A stretch of DNA of 64,000 nucleotides from Candidatus Sericytochromatia bacterium (GTDB taxonomy: Bacteria; Cyanobacteriota; Sericytochromatia; S15B-MN24; UBA4093). Below are positions 9,991 to 19,682 of this stretch, piece after piece (within the stretch, counting starts at the first letter, position 1; every line of letters begins with the position of its first letter). The DNA lies in the NCBI GenBank assembly GCA_036676495.1, contig JAKFCT010000059.1:1-64000 (forward strand). Reading direction: 5' to 3'. The position numbers and the translations under genes were made by a program. Below the pieces are notes generated by a model. The model was given only the letters and a program-made list of their open reading frames with translations. It did not search any database and was not told the origin of the DNA.

Positions 9991-10446
9991 AGCAACCCCC
10001 TAACGGTCTGCAAATGGTGAAGCGCGATTTAGTATAGCGATGACGCGTCGCTTTCCAAGGTCTGCTTGGTTGACCGTTGCCAAAACAAGCCCCCGGACTG
10101 ACTGAGAGTTCGATCTCTTGGTCTGAGTGCCATCGTGCCGGGCCTCCGCTGGTGATATCACCCTTAGCTCGGACGTTGGGGTTGTTTTGTCTGAACCCAT
10201 ACCATCCGAGTGACCGTGAATGCCCCGTTTTGTGGGGCCTCGTGAACGACTGGGAGACGGATCTTCGTAAGCGCGGTGAGCATGGGCCTGGGATTGTCGC
10301 TCAATCGGGCAGCGGTTCCCACGAGGCTACGGCCCTTGAGTTGAATTTCATCGGGATTTCGGTTCCTCTCTGACGTTTGGGCCGCCCCCGGTAAGCCGTA
10401 TGGTGGGGGGGCGAAAAGCGATGCCCATGGATGACGGGGGGAACCC

Positions 10447-11613
10447 ATGAAATGCGGATTCCTGTGGCTATGCCTCACCTCGTGCTTCAGCTTGAGCGCT
10501 TGCTCGCCGCTTCCGGTCCAACCCGCCGGTCCGGTCGAAGGGGGCGTGGCGATCTCGGGGGGACCCGGCTTCACCGAGTCCGACTTTAGCTTTACGACGC
10601 ATGATGGGCTGACGTTGGCCGGAAAGCTCACCCTGCCGGCTGACACGACGCAGCGCGCTCCGGTGGTCGTTTTCCTGGGAGGATCGGGCGCGTGGGACGC
10701 CGATTACGCGCAGCGCCTCCAAGAGGGGCAGATCAACTACGTGCTTCCGGTGCCACGACTGGCCCGTGACGCTGCCACAGCGGGCCTTGCTTTCGTGCGG
10801 TATCAAAAGCGCGGCGTCGTGAACCCAGGAGCCGGCCTCACCGAACAGTGGAAAACGATGCACCTCGAAAACCTGCTCATGGATGTTCGGACCCTCCTGG
10901 ACAAGATCAAGGCCGATCCGAGGCTGGATGGGCGTCGCGTCGCCTTCGTCGGCCACAGCGAGGGAACGATGCTCGCGACCTGGGTCGGAGATTCAGAGCC
11001 CTCGGTCAAGGCCTTCGTTTTCCTGGGGCTCGTTCGGCGCAACCTGAAGGATGTCTTCCGTTTCCAACTCGTCGACCGCAACGCGGGCGTGCTGTTCCCG
11101 TTCACGGATACCAAGCCGCGCGATGGCTACCTCGACCCCGCGGAGATCGCAGCGGCAACCAAGAAGGGACTACGTTTCGGGAAGTGGAGGAGCTTCGACG
11201 AGAACCGGGACGGGAGGCTTTCGAAGGGTGAGTATGTTCGGCTGCTTGACGAGGCCTACCGATCCTGGGTCCAGCTCATCGAGGCTTCCCAGCCGACGAC
11301 CCTCGTGCCGGGGAATGGCAGTCCTGCTGCCTGGTTCCAGCAGCACTTCCGGCGCAAGACCGTCGAGGAAACGTGGCGGCATCTCCGGACGCCCGTTCTC
11401 GTCGTGCAAGGCAAAGCCGATCGCAACACCCCCTTCGCAACCGAGGCCGAGCCATTTCTGGCGATGCTGAAGGCCCAGCACCACCCGGATCATCAACTCA
11501 TCGGATTGGATGGCCTGGACCATTGGTTCAAGGACAGGGCCGGAAGATCGCAGGCAGAGCAGGCTTTCGTTGCGATCGTTCCCTGGTTGAAGAAGCGCCT
11601 TCAGCCTGAATGA
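10447..11613 (+). CDS. Lipoprotein alpha/beta hydrolase with EF-hand-like insertion
   Basis: Lipobox LSAC; GHSEG nucleophile; QGKADRN and LDH acid/His motifs; DENRDGRLSKGE loop. Confidence 0.82.
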   Translation: MKCGFLWLCLTSCFSLSACSPLPVQPAGPVEGGVAISGGPGFTESDFSFTTHDGLTLAGKLTLPADTTQRAPVVVFLGGSGAWDADYAQRLQEGQINYVLPVPRLARDAATAGLAFVRYQKRGVVNPGAGLTEQWKTMHLENLLMDVRTLLDKIKADPRLDGRRVAFVGHSEGTMLATWVGDSEPSVKAFVFLGLVRRNLKDVFRFQLVDRNAGVLFPFTDTKPRDGYLDPAEIAAATKKGLRFGKWRSFDENRDGRLSKGEYVRLLDEAYRSWVQLIEASQPTTLVPGNGSPAAWFQQHFRRKTVEETWRHLRTPVLVVQGKADRNTPFATEAEPFLAMLKAQHHPDHQLIGLDGLDHWFKDRAGRSQAEQAFVAIVPWLKKRLQPE

Positions 11614-11820
11614 GCGCCTGGTCAGCAACGGAAAGGAGACCTGAACGCCGCAGGCGGTTCCGTCAGGCATACTCAAGCCGAGGGGATTCAGGATGCTTCT
11701 TTCCGCTCGGGGTTTAAAGCCCGTCGCAGGCCACCAGGGTGGCAGGGGGGCCGGCGGACCCCCCGGGCGTAGCTGGGAAGACACCCTTGCTAGAAACGAA
11801 GGAGCTGCTACCTTAACCCC

Positions 11821-13023
11821 ATGCCTTCACTCTTTTTGCTGGTCATCACCTACCTCGGGTTCATCAGCCTAGGCCTGCCCGACTCGATCCTGGGGGTCGT
11901 CTGGCCGTCCGTATACCCGCATTTCGGCCTGACCGCAGACCACCTGGGCGTGGTGCTCGCCGCGACGGTAAGCGGATACCTGGTTTCCAGTATCCTGGCG
12001 GGGCGCGCCCTGCAGCTGCTCGGAGTCGGAGGCCTGCTGGCGGCGAGTTGCGCGGTGGTCTCCGCCAGCTTGGCGGGATTCGCGCTGGCTCCGGTTTGGC
12101 CGATCTTCGTCGGGAGTGCCGTCTTCGCGGGGCTGGGAGGCGGGGCCATCGACTCGGGACTCAACGCTTACGCGGCCCGTCATTTCTCGGCTCGCCAAAT
12201 GAACTGGCTTCATGCCTGCTGGGGAGTCGGGGCCACCCTCTCCGCCATGGCGGCCGCCGCGCTCCTGACGAGGCACTTCCCCTGGCAATGGACCTACGGC
12301 TCCGTCTTCTTCGTGATGGTCGGGATGACCGCCCTCTTCACGCTGACCCTGAAAGCCTGGACGGGGAGAGCCGAGCCCGCGGGGCAGGTCCCGGCGGATG
12401 CGCCTACGGCTGAAGGTCAGGTGCCGGCCACGATGCGCGAGGCCTTGCGACACCCCTTGGTCATCGCCCAGGTGCTGGTTTTCTTCGTGTACTCCGGCTT
12501 CGAGATGACGATGGCAAACTGGTCTTACACGCTGCTCATCCAGTACCGGGGGGTGTCCGAGGGGCTCGCCGGCACGGCCGTGAGTCTCTTCTGGATCTCG
12601 CTCACGGCAGGGCGGTTCTTGCTCGGGGCAATCGCCGATCGTGTGGGCGTCCGGCGCCTCTTGACCCTCTGTGTCACCACGGGCCTCCTCGGAGGACTCT
12701 GCTTCGTCCTCGCTCCCTGGCAAGGGGTCAGCATCGCGGGGCTCGCCGCGGTGGGAGCCTCATTGGCCCCCATCTACCCCGGCATGATGACCCTGACCCC
12801 GCGTCAACTCGGCCGGCTCGCCGACCATGCGGTTGGATTCCAGGTCGGAGGCGCCATGCTCGGCCAGGTGAGCGTCCCTAGCCTCGGCGGCGTCTTGCTC
12901 GTGGCCTACGGGCCAGCCGCACTCAACGGCCTGGTGGGCGTCATGGCCTTGTTGCTCTGGCTGGTCATCATGGGGCTGCTCTGGGCCGGCCATCGCGAGG
13001 CGGCAGAAGCGCCTACCCGGTGA
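11821..13023 (+). CDS. MFS transporter
   Basis: ~12 hydrophobic segments; FISLGLPD, GGGAIDSGLN, MNWLHACWGVGA. Confidence 0.9.
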   Translation: MPSLFLLVITYLGFISLGLPDSILGVVWPSVYPHFGLTADHLGVVLAATVSGYLVSSILAGRALQLLGVGGLLAASCAVVSASLAGFALAPVWPIFVGSAVFAGLGGGAIDSGLNAYAARHFSARQMNWLHACWGVGATLSAMAAAALLTRHFPWQWTYGSVFFVMVGMTALFTLTLKAWTGRAEPAGQVPADAPTAEGQVPATMREALRHPLVIAQVLVFFVYSGFEMTMANWSYTLLIQYRGVSEGLAGTAVSLFWISLTAGRFLLGAIADRVGVRRLLTLCVTTGLLGGLCFVLAPWQGVSIAGLAAVGASLAPIYPGMMTLTPRQLGRLADHAVGFQVGGAMLGQVSVPSLGGVLLVAYGPAALNGLVGVMALLLWLVIMGLLWAGHREAAEAPTR

Positions 13024-13092
13024 GCGTGAACCCCGGAGCGACGTTCTCGCCGTATCAGCGGCCCGGTGACCTGACGGTCGTGACCGCCGGGT

Positions 13093-13932
13093 TTACCGAA
13101 GCGCTCGCCTAAGAAAGCTGCTGACGAGCTCGACGACGGTATCTTCGGCCTCTCGATGAGGAACGTGCCTGCAGCCCGGTAAGAGCACAACCTGCGTTTC
13201 GCCTGCCATCGCCTGGGCCAGTCTCATGGGGTGACGCTCGGAACCATATTCATCGTGCTCGCCATGAAGGATGAGCGCCGGACAGACGATTGTCGAGAGG
13301 TCGGCATCCAGGTTCCACGACAGGAACTCCGGTGAGAGCCAGGTCTCGGTCCATGCCTCCAGCACCCAGCGCGCCTTGTCCCCGTGGTACTTCGCAAGTC
13401 GATTCAGCTGCCCGTCCTGGTGAAAGGCTGACTTGGCCTCGCGAATGCCTTGGAGGGTTCGATCTTCGACGAACGCCTGCGCGGACTCCGTGATGAGCGC
13501 TCGGCATGCCGATGGAAGGGCCGCAGCGCAGAGCGCCGCCATGGCCCCGCCCACGCTATGGCCCATCGCGATGAAGGTTTCGATGCCGAGTTGCTCGCGA
13601 AGCACCGGGAAAAAGGTCCTGGCCTCCTCGTGGATGAAGCGGGACGACCATTCCCCCTGAAAGGGGTCGGAATTCCCGAAGCCGAGGCGGTCGTACGCGA
13701 TGACCGTCCGCCCTGTGGCGGTGCAGAGGCGCTCGGGAAAGCGACGCCATAGCGCGACACTCCCCAGGGAGTCATGAAAAAGGACGATCGGACTCTCCGC
13801 TCCGCGATCCATGCCTTCGCCGCTGGGATGCCAGATCCGGGCGAACATCCTACCCTCCGGGGCTTGCACCCAGGTATCGCGGGTCTTGGCTGGTTGATGC
13901 GTCACGTTGCGAGGGGCCTCCCGTGTCTCCAT
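13093..13932 (-). CDS. Alpha/beta hydrolase
   Basis: FHDSLGS, YDRLGFG, GHSVGG, HGEHDEYG, HVPH; start uncertain (13932 or 13905). Confidence 0.85.
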   Translation of the reverse strand: METREAPRNVTHQPAKTRDTWVQAPEGRMFARIWHPSGEGMDRGAESPIVLFHDSLGSVALWRRFPERLCTATGRTVIAYDRLGFGNSDPFQGEWSSRFIHEEARTFFPVLREQLGIETFIAMGHSVGGAMAALCAAALPSACRALITESAQAFVEDRTLQGIREAKSAFHQDGQLNRLAKYHGDKARWVLEAWTETWLSPEFLSWNLDADLSTIVCPALILHGEHDEYGSERHPMRLAQAMAGETQVVLLPGCRHVPHREAEDTVVELVSSFLRRALR

Positions 13933-14186
13933 CGATTGGAGCAAGTCCCCATTATACCTCTGAGGCCGATCGCGGGCTCTGCCGACGTCAGCCGGCCTGC
14001 CGGGATCGCGTGGATCCAGGCAGGTCGCTTTCTTGGGCATGACGGCCAACGCGGCAGGTTCGTCGAAGGCTTGCCGGCCAGCTCCGCATTTCCTATCGTG
14101 ACCGTGGGGAACGACCGGCACCGAGGTGAAGGTCGAGTGGCGGGAGAGCGGACGCCGTGGCGTCCACGACGTGAAGAAGGGGTCTC

Positions 14187-15056
14187 ATGAGTACAGCATT
14201 CGAACCGATGACTGCAGCGGAGCAGGCCGAGTTCCGTGCCGCCTATCTGGCCTACTTGCGAAACCGGGACGGCGTGCCCGACCTGAAGCGGCGGAGCTTC
14301 GACGTGCGCGAGCGATTCTTCGCCGAGCTCGATGCGACCCCTACCTGCTGGGTGGGCCCCATGCCGGTGGATCAAGCTGTCTTCGATCGCAACCATGCCC
14401 GCCGCAAGCCCGAGCCGAACCTCGATGAGGTGATGCTCTGGGCGCTCGCCACGGCGAAGACCAACCGCGCGGAGCGCTACGGCGTGGAGTATGCGCTGGC
14501 CTACCATGATGCCACGCGCGAGGTGGCGAGCGATCCGCATGCGTACATCCAGGTCGAGGAGTTTTACCACACGCGGATTCTCAGGGATGCGCTCGCCGCC
14601 ATCGGCCTCCGGATGGAGATGGGCCAGCCCGGTTACACGGCGCGCGCCATGATTCGCGCGATGGTCCAGCTGCCCGAAAAGTACGCGAACGTCCTGGTGC
14701 TCTGCGGGGAGATTTGTGGCGTCGCGGTCTTCTCCAGGCTCCTTGAGAAGGCGCGCGAGTTGTTCGCGGACCAGCCCCAGGTCCTCCAACGCCATGAAGC
14801 GCTCTTCGGTCAGATCATGGTCGACGAGGTGGGGCATGTTCACTTCGTTCGAAGCACGCTCAGCCCTACGGGGCTCGCCTGGGCCCAGCGCCTGCTTCCG
14901 CTCGTCTCCTGGAGCCTCCTGGAGGAGTCTCCCGAGCTGCTGGAGTTGTTCGGCCGCGAAGCGATCATGCGGCGTATCCTGGAAGCGGACGTGGATGCTG
15001 CGGCCGCCACTTACCCGGATCGGTTCCGCTTCTTCGCGTCGCGACAGACGGCGTGA
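14187..15056 (+). CDS. Ferritin-like (diiron-carboxylate) protein
   Basis: Two ExxH motifs (EEFYH, DEVGH) ~90 aa apart with an intervening Glu (CGEI). Confidence 0.65.
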   Translation: MSTAFEPMTAAEQAEFRAAYLAYLRNRDGVPDLKRRSFDVRERFFAELDATPTCWVGPMPVDQAVFDRNHARRKPEPNLDEVMLWALATAKTNRAERYGVEYALAYHDATREVASDPHAYIQVEEFYHTRILRDALAAIGLRMEMGQPGYTARAMIRAMVQLPEKYANVLVLCGEICGVAVFSRLLEKARELFADQPQVLQRHEALFGQIMVDEVGHVHFVRSTLSPTGLAWAQRLLPLVSWSLLEESPELLELFGREAIMRRILEADVDAAAATYPDRFRFFASRQTA

Positions 15057-15097
15057 AGGAAAGCCTGCGAGGGGGCGTACGGGGTGGAGCGAGCCCC

Positions 15098-15700
15098 TTA
15101 CGTCAGCTGAGCGTCGATGAGCGCCGAGGCCATGCGCTTGAGCCGTGAGCCCGGTCCGGCGGGCCCCACGCTTTGCACGGTCACGCGCGCTCCTTCGACC
15201 AGCAAGAACAGCTCGTCAGCCAGAAGCTCCGGATGCGACGCCCCGAGATCCTGGCACATCCGGACGATTCGCGCGCGCATGGCTTGCTTGTGCGCTTCGA
15301 TCACGCGGCGCGCCGGATGATCCTTTTCCGGAAGCTCCACCGCGGCGTTCGAGAGCGGGCAGCCGCGCGACGTCTCGAGACCTTGGCTCATCGCTTCGAC
15401 CCACGCTTCAAGTTTCGCGCGGGCATCGTCGGCATGAGCTGTCAGGAGCGCATCGAAACAGGCTTCCGCTTCCTCGGCCAGGCGCCGGAGATGCTCCGCC
15501 ACCAGCTCGTCCTTGGACGCGAAATGGCGGTAGAGCGTCATCTTGTTGGAGCCCGCCGCTTCGGCGATCGCCTCCACCCCGACGGCCCGGATCCCGCGCG
15601 CGCAAAACAGCTCACGCGCCGCCGCCAGGAGGCGCTCACGGGGGGGAACCTGTCTTTCCGCGTCCTTCCCGAACCCGGGGGACGTGAGATCGTTTTTCAT
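15098..15700 (-). CDS. TetR/AcrR family regulator
   Basis: HTH signature GVEAIAEAAGSNKMTLYRHFASKDEL; C-terminal GCPxxN. Confidence 0.93.
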   Translation of the reverse strand: MKNDLTSPGFGKDAERQVPPRERLLAAARELFCARGIRAVGVEAIAEAAGSNKMTLYRHFASKDELVAEHLRRLAEEAEACFDALLTAHADDARAKLEAWVEAMSQGLETSRGCPLSNAAVELPEKDHPARRVIEAHKQAMRARIVRMCQDLGASHPELLADELFLLVEGARVTVQSVGPAGPGSRLKRMASALIDAQLT

Positions 15701-15719
15701 CGCCGTTCGACTCCTGAGT

Positions 15720-15731
15720 TACCGATCGGTA
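15720..15731. promoter_or_regulatory. Putative TetR autoregulatory operator
   Basis: Perfect palindrome TACCGATCGGTA 20 bp upstream of the tetR start. Confidence 0.55.
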
Positions 15732-15889
15732 TCGTACCACCCGAAAGCACCCGTTGTCACTGGCGATCCGGGAACCGGGGCGCATGGATCGCACGGGACT
15801 TGCCCTGCGCCGCGGAAGGCTGGCTTCTTGGGTTGACGCGCAAGGCGCGCTATCCTCATGACCAGGCGGTGTTGGACCCAAGCAAAGCT

Positions 15890-15996
15890 CTAGCGCCCGC
15901 GGCTGTTTCGAAAGGCAGCGAGAGATAGCCGTGAAACTGACAGTATCAGGGTGAAAGTTCACTCTCGCTGTCCTGTAGAAACGACGTTAGCTCTAG
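15890..15996. repeat. CTAG-bounded hairpin element, long form (107 bp), copy 1
   Basis: Same length and conserved arms as 56905-57011; arms are reverse complements of 44479-44540 and 51142-51204. Confidence 0.9.
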
Positions 15997-16009
15997 GAAC
16001 GAGATCCTG

Positions 16010-16459
16010 ATGCCCATCATCCAGCTCGAAACCCTCATCCAGGCGCCTCCAGCGGTCTGTTTCGACCTCTCTCGCGACGTGGAGGCCCATTTGGCCTCGG
16101 TCGCCGGGAGCGACGAGCGGGCCGTTGCGGGCGTGACCACAGGCCGGATGGAGCTTGGCGATTGGGTGACGTGGGAGGCCACGCACTTTGGCGTGCGCCA
16201 GCGCCTGACCGCCGTGATCACCGCGTACCACCGCCCGTATGCCTTCGTGGACGAGATGCATGAGGGCATCTTCGCCCGGTTCCGGCATACCCACCGCTTC
16301 GAGGCGATCGCCGGGGGCACGCGCATGCGCGATCACTTCGACTACACCGCCCCGTTGGGGCTCCTCGGGGTGCTGGCGGACGTCTTCTTCCTGGAAGCCT
16401 ACATGCGCGAGACGTTGGCCGCGCGCTGCCGGCACCTCAAGGCGATGGCCGAAGGATAG
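16010..16459 (+). CDS. SRPBCC/START family protein
   Basis: CFDLSRDV, VTWEATHFG, FVDEM..G.F..F.HTHRF. Confidence 0.85.
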   Translation: MPIIQLETLIQAPPAVCFDLSRDVEAHLASVAGSDERAVAGVTTGRMELGDWVTWEATHFGVRQRLTAVITAYHRPYAFVDEMHEGIFARFRHTHRFEAIAGGTRMRDHFDYTAPLGLLGVLADVFFLEAYMRETLAARCRHLKAMAEG

Positions 16460-16461
16460 TG

Positions 16462-16498
16462 AGCGAGGCCCCGCCTGAAAATCAGACGGGGCCTCGCT
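16462..16498. terminator. Hairpin between convergent genes
   Basis: AGCGAGGCCCCG.CTGA-AAA-TCAG.CGGGGCCTCGCT. Confidence 0.65.
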
Positions 16499-16527
16499 CG
16501 GGTTGCCTAGCACCCTCGGAGGAAGGG

Positions 16528-18066
16528 TTAGACGGGCTGGTGGGCTGCTGCCGGGTCGAACATCCGCCCCGTTTGTAGGTAATGGGCGTGCATGCCAAGG
16601 GCTTCGCCGATCATGTGGGGGGTATGCTTCCCGAAGGAGAGGCGTTCGGCGCGATCGAGGTAGTCCTTGAGCAGGGGACGCACGTCGGGATGGGCGCAGC
16701 GCTCGATGATGAGCCTTGCGCGCTGGCGCGGCGAGAGGCCGCGCAGGTCGGCCAACCCTTGTTCGGTGACGATCACGTCGACGTCATGTTCGGTATGGTC
16801 GACGTGTGAGACCATCGGAACGATCGTCGAGATGGCTCCCCGCTGGGCCAGCGACGGCGCCATGAAAATCGAGACGTAGCCGTTGCGGGCGAAATCGCCC
16901 GAGCCGCCGATCCCGTTCTGGATGCGCGAGCCCATGATATGCGTCGAGTTGACGTTGCCGTAGATGTCGGCCTCGATCATGCCGTTCATGGCGATGACGC
17001 CGAGCCTCCGGATGATCTCCGGGTGGTTGGAAATCTCCTGGGGACGCAGCACGATCCGCTGCTGGAACTCCGCGAGGTTGGCCATCACCGACGAGAGCGC
17101 ATCCGGGCTCAACGAGAAGGCCGTTGCGGACGCGTAGGCCAGCTTTCCGGATCTCAGCAGGTCGATCATGCCGTCCTGGATGACCTCGGTGTACGAGGTC
17201 AGGTTCTCGAAGGGCCCTTCCTGGAGCCCGAAGAGGACCGCGTTCGCGATGTTGCCGACGCCGGATTGCAGGGGCAAGAGCGATTCGGGAATCCGGCCTT
17301 CCTTGACCTCCCAGGCCAGGAAGTCCAGGATATGGCCGGCAATCTGCTTCGACGCCTTGTCGGGCTCCTTGAAGGCAGAGTTGCGATCCGGCGAGTTGGT
17401 GGGAACGACGGCCACGACCTTGTCGAGCGGGAGCTCGAGGTAGGGAGATCCGATCCGCTGGCCCGCGGAGACGAGCGGGATCGGCTGGCGATGCGGCGGG
17501 CGATTCATCCCGTAGTAGATGTCGTGCATGCCCTCGAGTTCCATCGGCTGCCAGCCGTTGACCTCGAGAATGACCTTGTCTGCCTGCTCGATCCAGGTCT
17601 TGTTATTGCCCACGGACGAGCTGGGCACGAGCCGGCCGTCCTCCAGAATCGCCGCGACCTCGATGATGGCGTAATCGAGCTTGCCCAGGAAGCCGTAATC
17701 GACGTGCTGGGCGACGTGGCTGAGGTGGATGTCCATATAATCCATCTCACCCGCGTTGATGCGCTTGCGGGTTTCCGGATCGGACTGGTAGGGGAGACGC
17801 AGGTGGATGCCGCCGGCCATGGCCAGGGCGCCATCGAGTTCCGGCCCGGTGGAGGCCCCGGTGAAGATGTTCACCTGGAAGCGTTGCCCCCGAAGGTTGG
17901 CATCCGAGATGCGGCGCGCGAGCGCGAGGGGGACGTCCTTGGGGTATCCGGAGCCGGTGAAGCCGCTCATCCCGATCTGGGCATCCGAAGGGATCAGCGC
18001 CGCGGCGTCTTCGGCCGTCATCACGCGGTTGGAAAGGGTGGAATTCAAGATACGAGAAGTAGTCAT
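16528..18066 (-). CDS. Acetyl-CoA hydrolase/succinate (propionyl)-CoA transferase family
   Basis: SGFTGSGYPK, LQSGVGNIANAV, TEVIQD, NGIGGSGDFARN, VSHVDHTEHD. Confidence 0.93.
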   Translation of the reverse strand: MTTSRILNSTLSNRVMTAEDAAALIPSDAQIGMSGFTGSGYPKDVPLALARRISDANLRGQRFQVNIFTGASTGPELDGALAMAGGIHLRLPYQSDPETRKRINAGEMDYMDIHLSHVAQHVDYGFLGKLDYAIIEVAAILEDGRLVPSSSVGNNKTWIEQADKVILEVNGWQPMELEGMHDIYYGMNRPPHRQPIPLVSAGQRIGSPYLELPLDKVVAVVPTNSPDRNSAFKEPDKASKQIAGHILDFLAWEVKEGRIPESLLPLQSGVGNIANAVLFGLQEGPFENLTSYTEVIQDGMIDLLRSGKLAYASATAFSLSPDALSSVMANLAEFQQRIVLRPQEISNHPEIIRRLGVIAMNGMIEADIYGNVNSTHIMGSRIQNGIGGSGDFARNGYVSIFMAPSLAQRGAISTIVPMVSHVDHTEHDVDVIVTEQGLADLRGLSPRQRARLIIERCAHPDVRPLLKDYLDRAERLSFGKHTPHMIGEALGMHAHYLQTGRMFDPAAAHQPV

Positions 18067-18251
18067 AGTGACACGGTATCAAGAACTCGGCCTTACCGCA
18101 ATCCGTAGTAGATCCGCATGTTTACTTGAAGAGCCCCTTACATGGCCCCATGCCGAGCGGGCATTTTCCGAACCATAGCCTAACCTTAAGGCAAGCTAGA
18201 CGTTCGGACCTCCGACGACTCCGTAGGGATGATTGGAACGGAGTGAACACC

Positions 18252-19553
18252 ATGGCTTTCAACGCTGCACCTTCCACCACTGCCGCCTGGATGCCGCAAC
18301 CGACGTGGCCCGTGACCGCGTATCCCGTGGTCCCGCCGCCGGTGGCCATTCCCCCCATGGCGATTCCTCCGGCCGCCGTCCGCCCCATGGCGGCGGACAC
18401 CCTGGCCCTGAGCGGCAATGCGACGGCGCTCGTCCAGCAGCGGACGATGGCGCAGCTGCTCACCGAACTTTCCGCGATGGCGAGGAAGCTCGAGGCCCTC
18501 ACGCGGGTTCCCGTCCCTCCCGCGCCGCCGGCCGCACCGAAGCCCGAGGCCAAGCCTGAACCCAAGCCTGAACCCAAGCCTGAACCCAAGCCTGAACCCA
18601 AGCCTGAACCGAAGCCTGAACCGAAGCCGGAACCCAAACCCGAGCCGAAGCCGGAACCGGCTCCGGCGCCTACGGTCACGGTTCAGCGGGGGGATTCGCT
18701 GTCGGCGATCGCCGGGCGCACGCTCGGGGATACCAACCGCTGGCGTGAAATCTACGACCTGAACCGGGATCAACTCTCCAACCCCAACCTGATCCATCCC
18801 GGCCAGGTGCTCAAGCTTCCGGGAGGCGCCTCCGCCCCTGCGGCTGCTCCCGCCTCCCCGCCGCCCGCGCCAAAGCCGGCTCCGAAGCCGGCTCCGACGC
18901 CCAGCGTCACGGTCCAGCGGGGAGACTCGCTGTCGGCGATCGCCGCACGGACCCTGGGCAACGCGGATCGCTGGCGCGAGATCTACGACCTGAACCGGGA
19001 TCAGCTCTCCAACCCCAACGTGATCCAGGCGGGGCAGGTCCTGAAGCTTCCGGGCGGTGCCAATCCCTCGGCTCCGGCCGCGCCGCCATCGACGGGCATC
19101 AACACCAACCGCAACGCCATCTTCATCCAGCAGCCCAACAACTGGACGTGTGGTCCCACCAGCCTCACCATGGCCGCCGCCGCCTGGGGCGTCCGACCCG
19201 CCAACCTCGCCACCGTCAACGAGCTGACGGCCAAGACCCGCACCAACCCCGCCTACGGGATCCCCGACAACAACGCCATTCCCAACGCTGCCCGGGCGAT
19301 CGGGCTTCAGGTGCAGTTCCATGGCTCGTCGACGCCCGACAGCATTCGGGCGGCACTCCGCCGTGGCCACGGCGTCATCCTCAACGGCTCGATCTCGGGA
19401 ACGGTGGGCCACTTCATCTACGTCGCCGGCCTCAACGCGGATGGCAGCTTCAAGATCTGCGACCCCTTCCGCCCGGGCATCACCGCTTGGAACGATGCGC
19501 AGCTGCGCCAGTTCACCGCCGGCCGCGGCTCGATGAGTGAAATCTGGCGGTAA
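18252..19553 (+). CDS. Two-LysM protein with PKPE linker and C39-like cysteine peptidase domain
   Basis: Two LysM (VQRGDSLSAIA..LG...RWREIYDLN...NPN.I..GQVLKLP); QPNNWTCGPTSL, GHFI, CDP triad. Confidence 0.88.
   Translation: MAFNAAPSTTAAWMPQPTWPVTAYPVVPPPVAIPPMAIPPAAVRPMAADTLALSGNATALVQQRTMAQLLTELSAMARKLEALTRVPVPPAPPAAPKPEAKPEPKPEPKPEPKPEPKPEPKPEPKPEPKPEPKPEPAPAPTVTVQRGDSLSAIAGRTLGDTNRWREIYDLNRDQLSNPNLIHPGQVLKLPGGASAPAAAPASPPPAPKPAPKPAPTPSVTVQRGDSLSAIAARTLGNADRWREIYDLNRDQLSNPNVIQAGQVLKLPGGANPSAPAAPPSTGINTNRNAIFIQQPNNWTCGPTSLTMAAAAWGVRPANLATVNELTAKTRTNPAYGIPDNNAIPNAARAIGLQVQFHGSSTPDSIRAALRRGHGVILNGSISGTVGHFIYVAGLNADGSFKICDPFRPGITAWNDAQLRQFTAGRGSMSEIWR
18537..18656 (+). repeat. 12-bp tandem repeat encoding (P/A)KPE x10
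   Basis: CCCAAGCCTGAA-type units read directly. Confidence 0.95.
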
Positions 19554-19682
19554 CCTCCGCCTGATGCGGGGGTGATGAGGGCATGCTAGGATGGGCTGGA
19601 GCCGGTAAACCGAGCACATCGGTCGCATGCGACACGCCGGGGGCTCGCCATCGGAATCCCATGCGCTCGGGAGGAGAGGACC

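Noticed and set aside
11761-11812. Possible additional copy of the CTAG element (GCGTAGCTG...TAGAAACGAAG)
   Set aside because: Only two short patches match; ends and spacing are not conserved
15890-15996. Hammerhead ribozyme or c-di-GMP riboswitch reading of the long element
   Set aside because: The CTGA/GAAA arrangement is not kept in the second copy; orientation relative to neighbouring genes is inconsistent
18537-18656. CRISPR-like periodicity
   Set aside because: Spacer-less in-frame 12-bp coding repeat; no cas genes in the window
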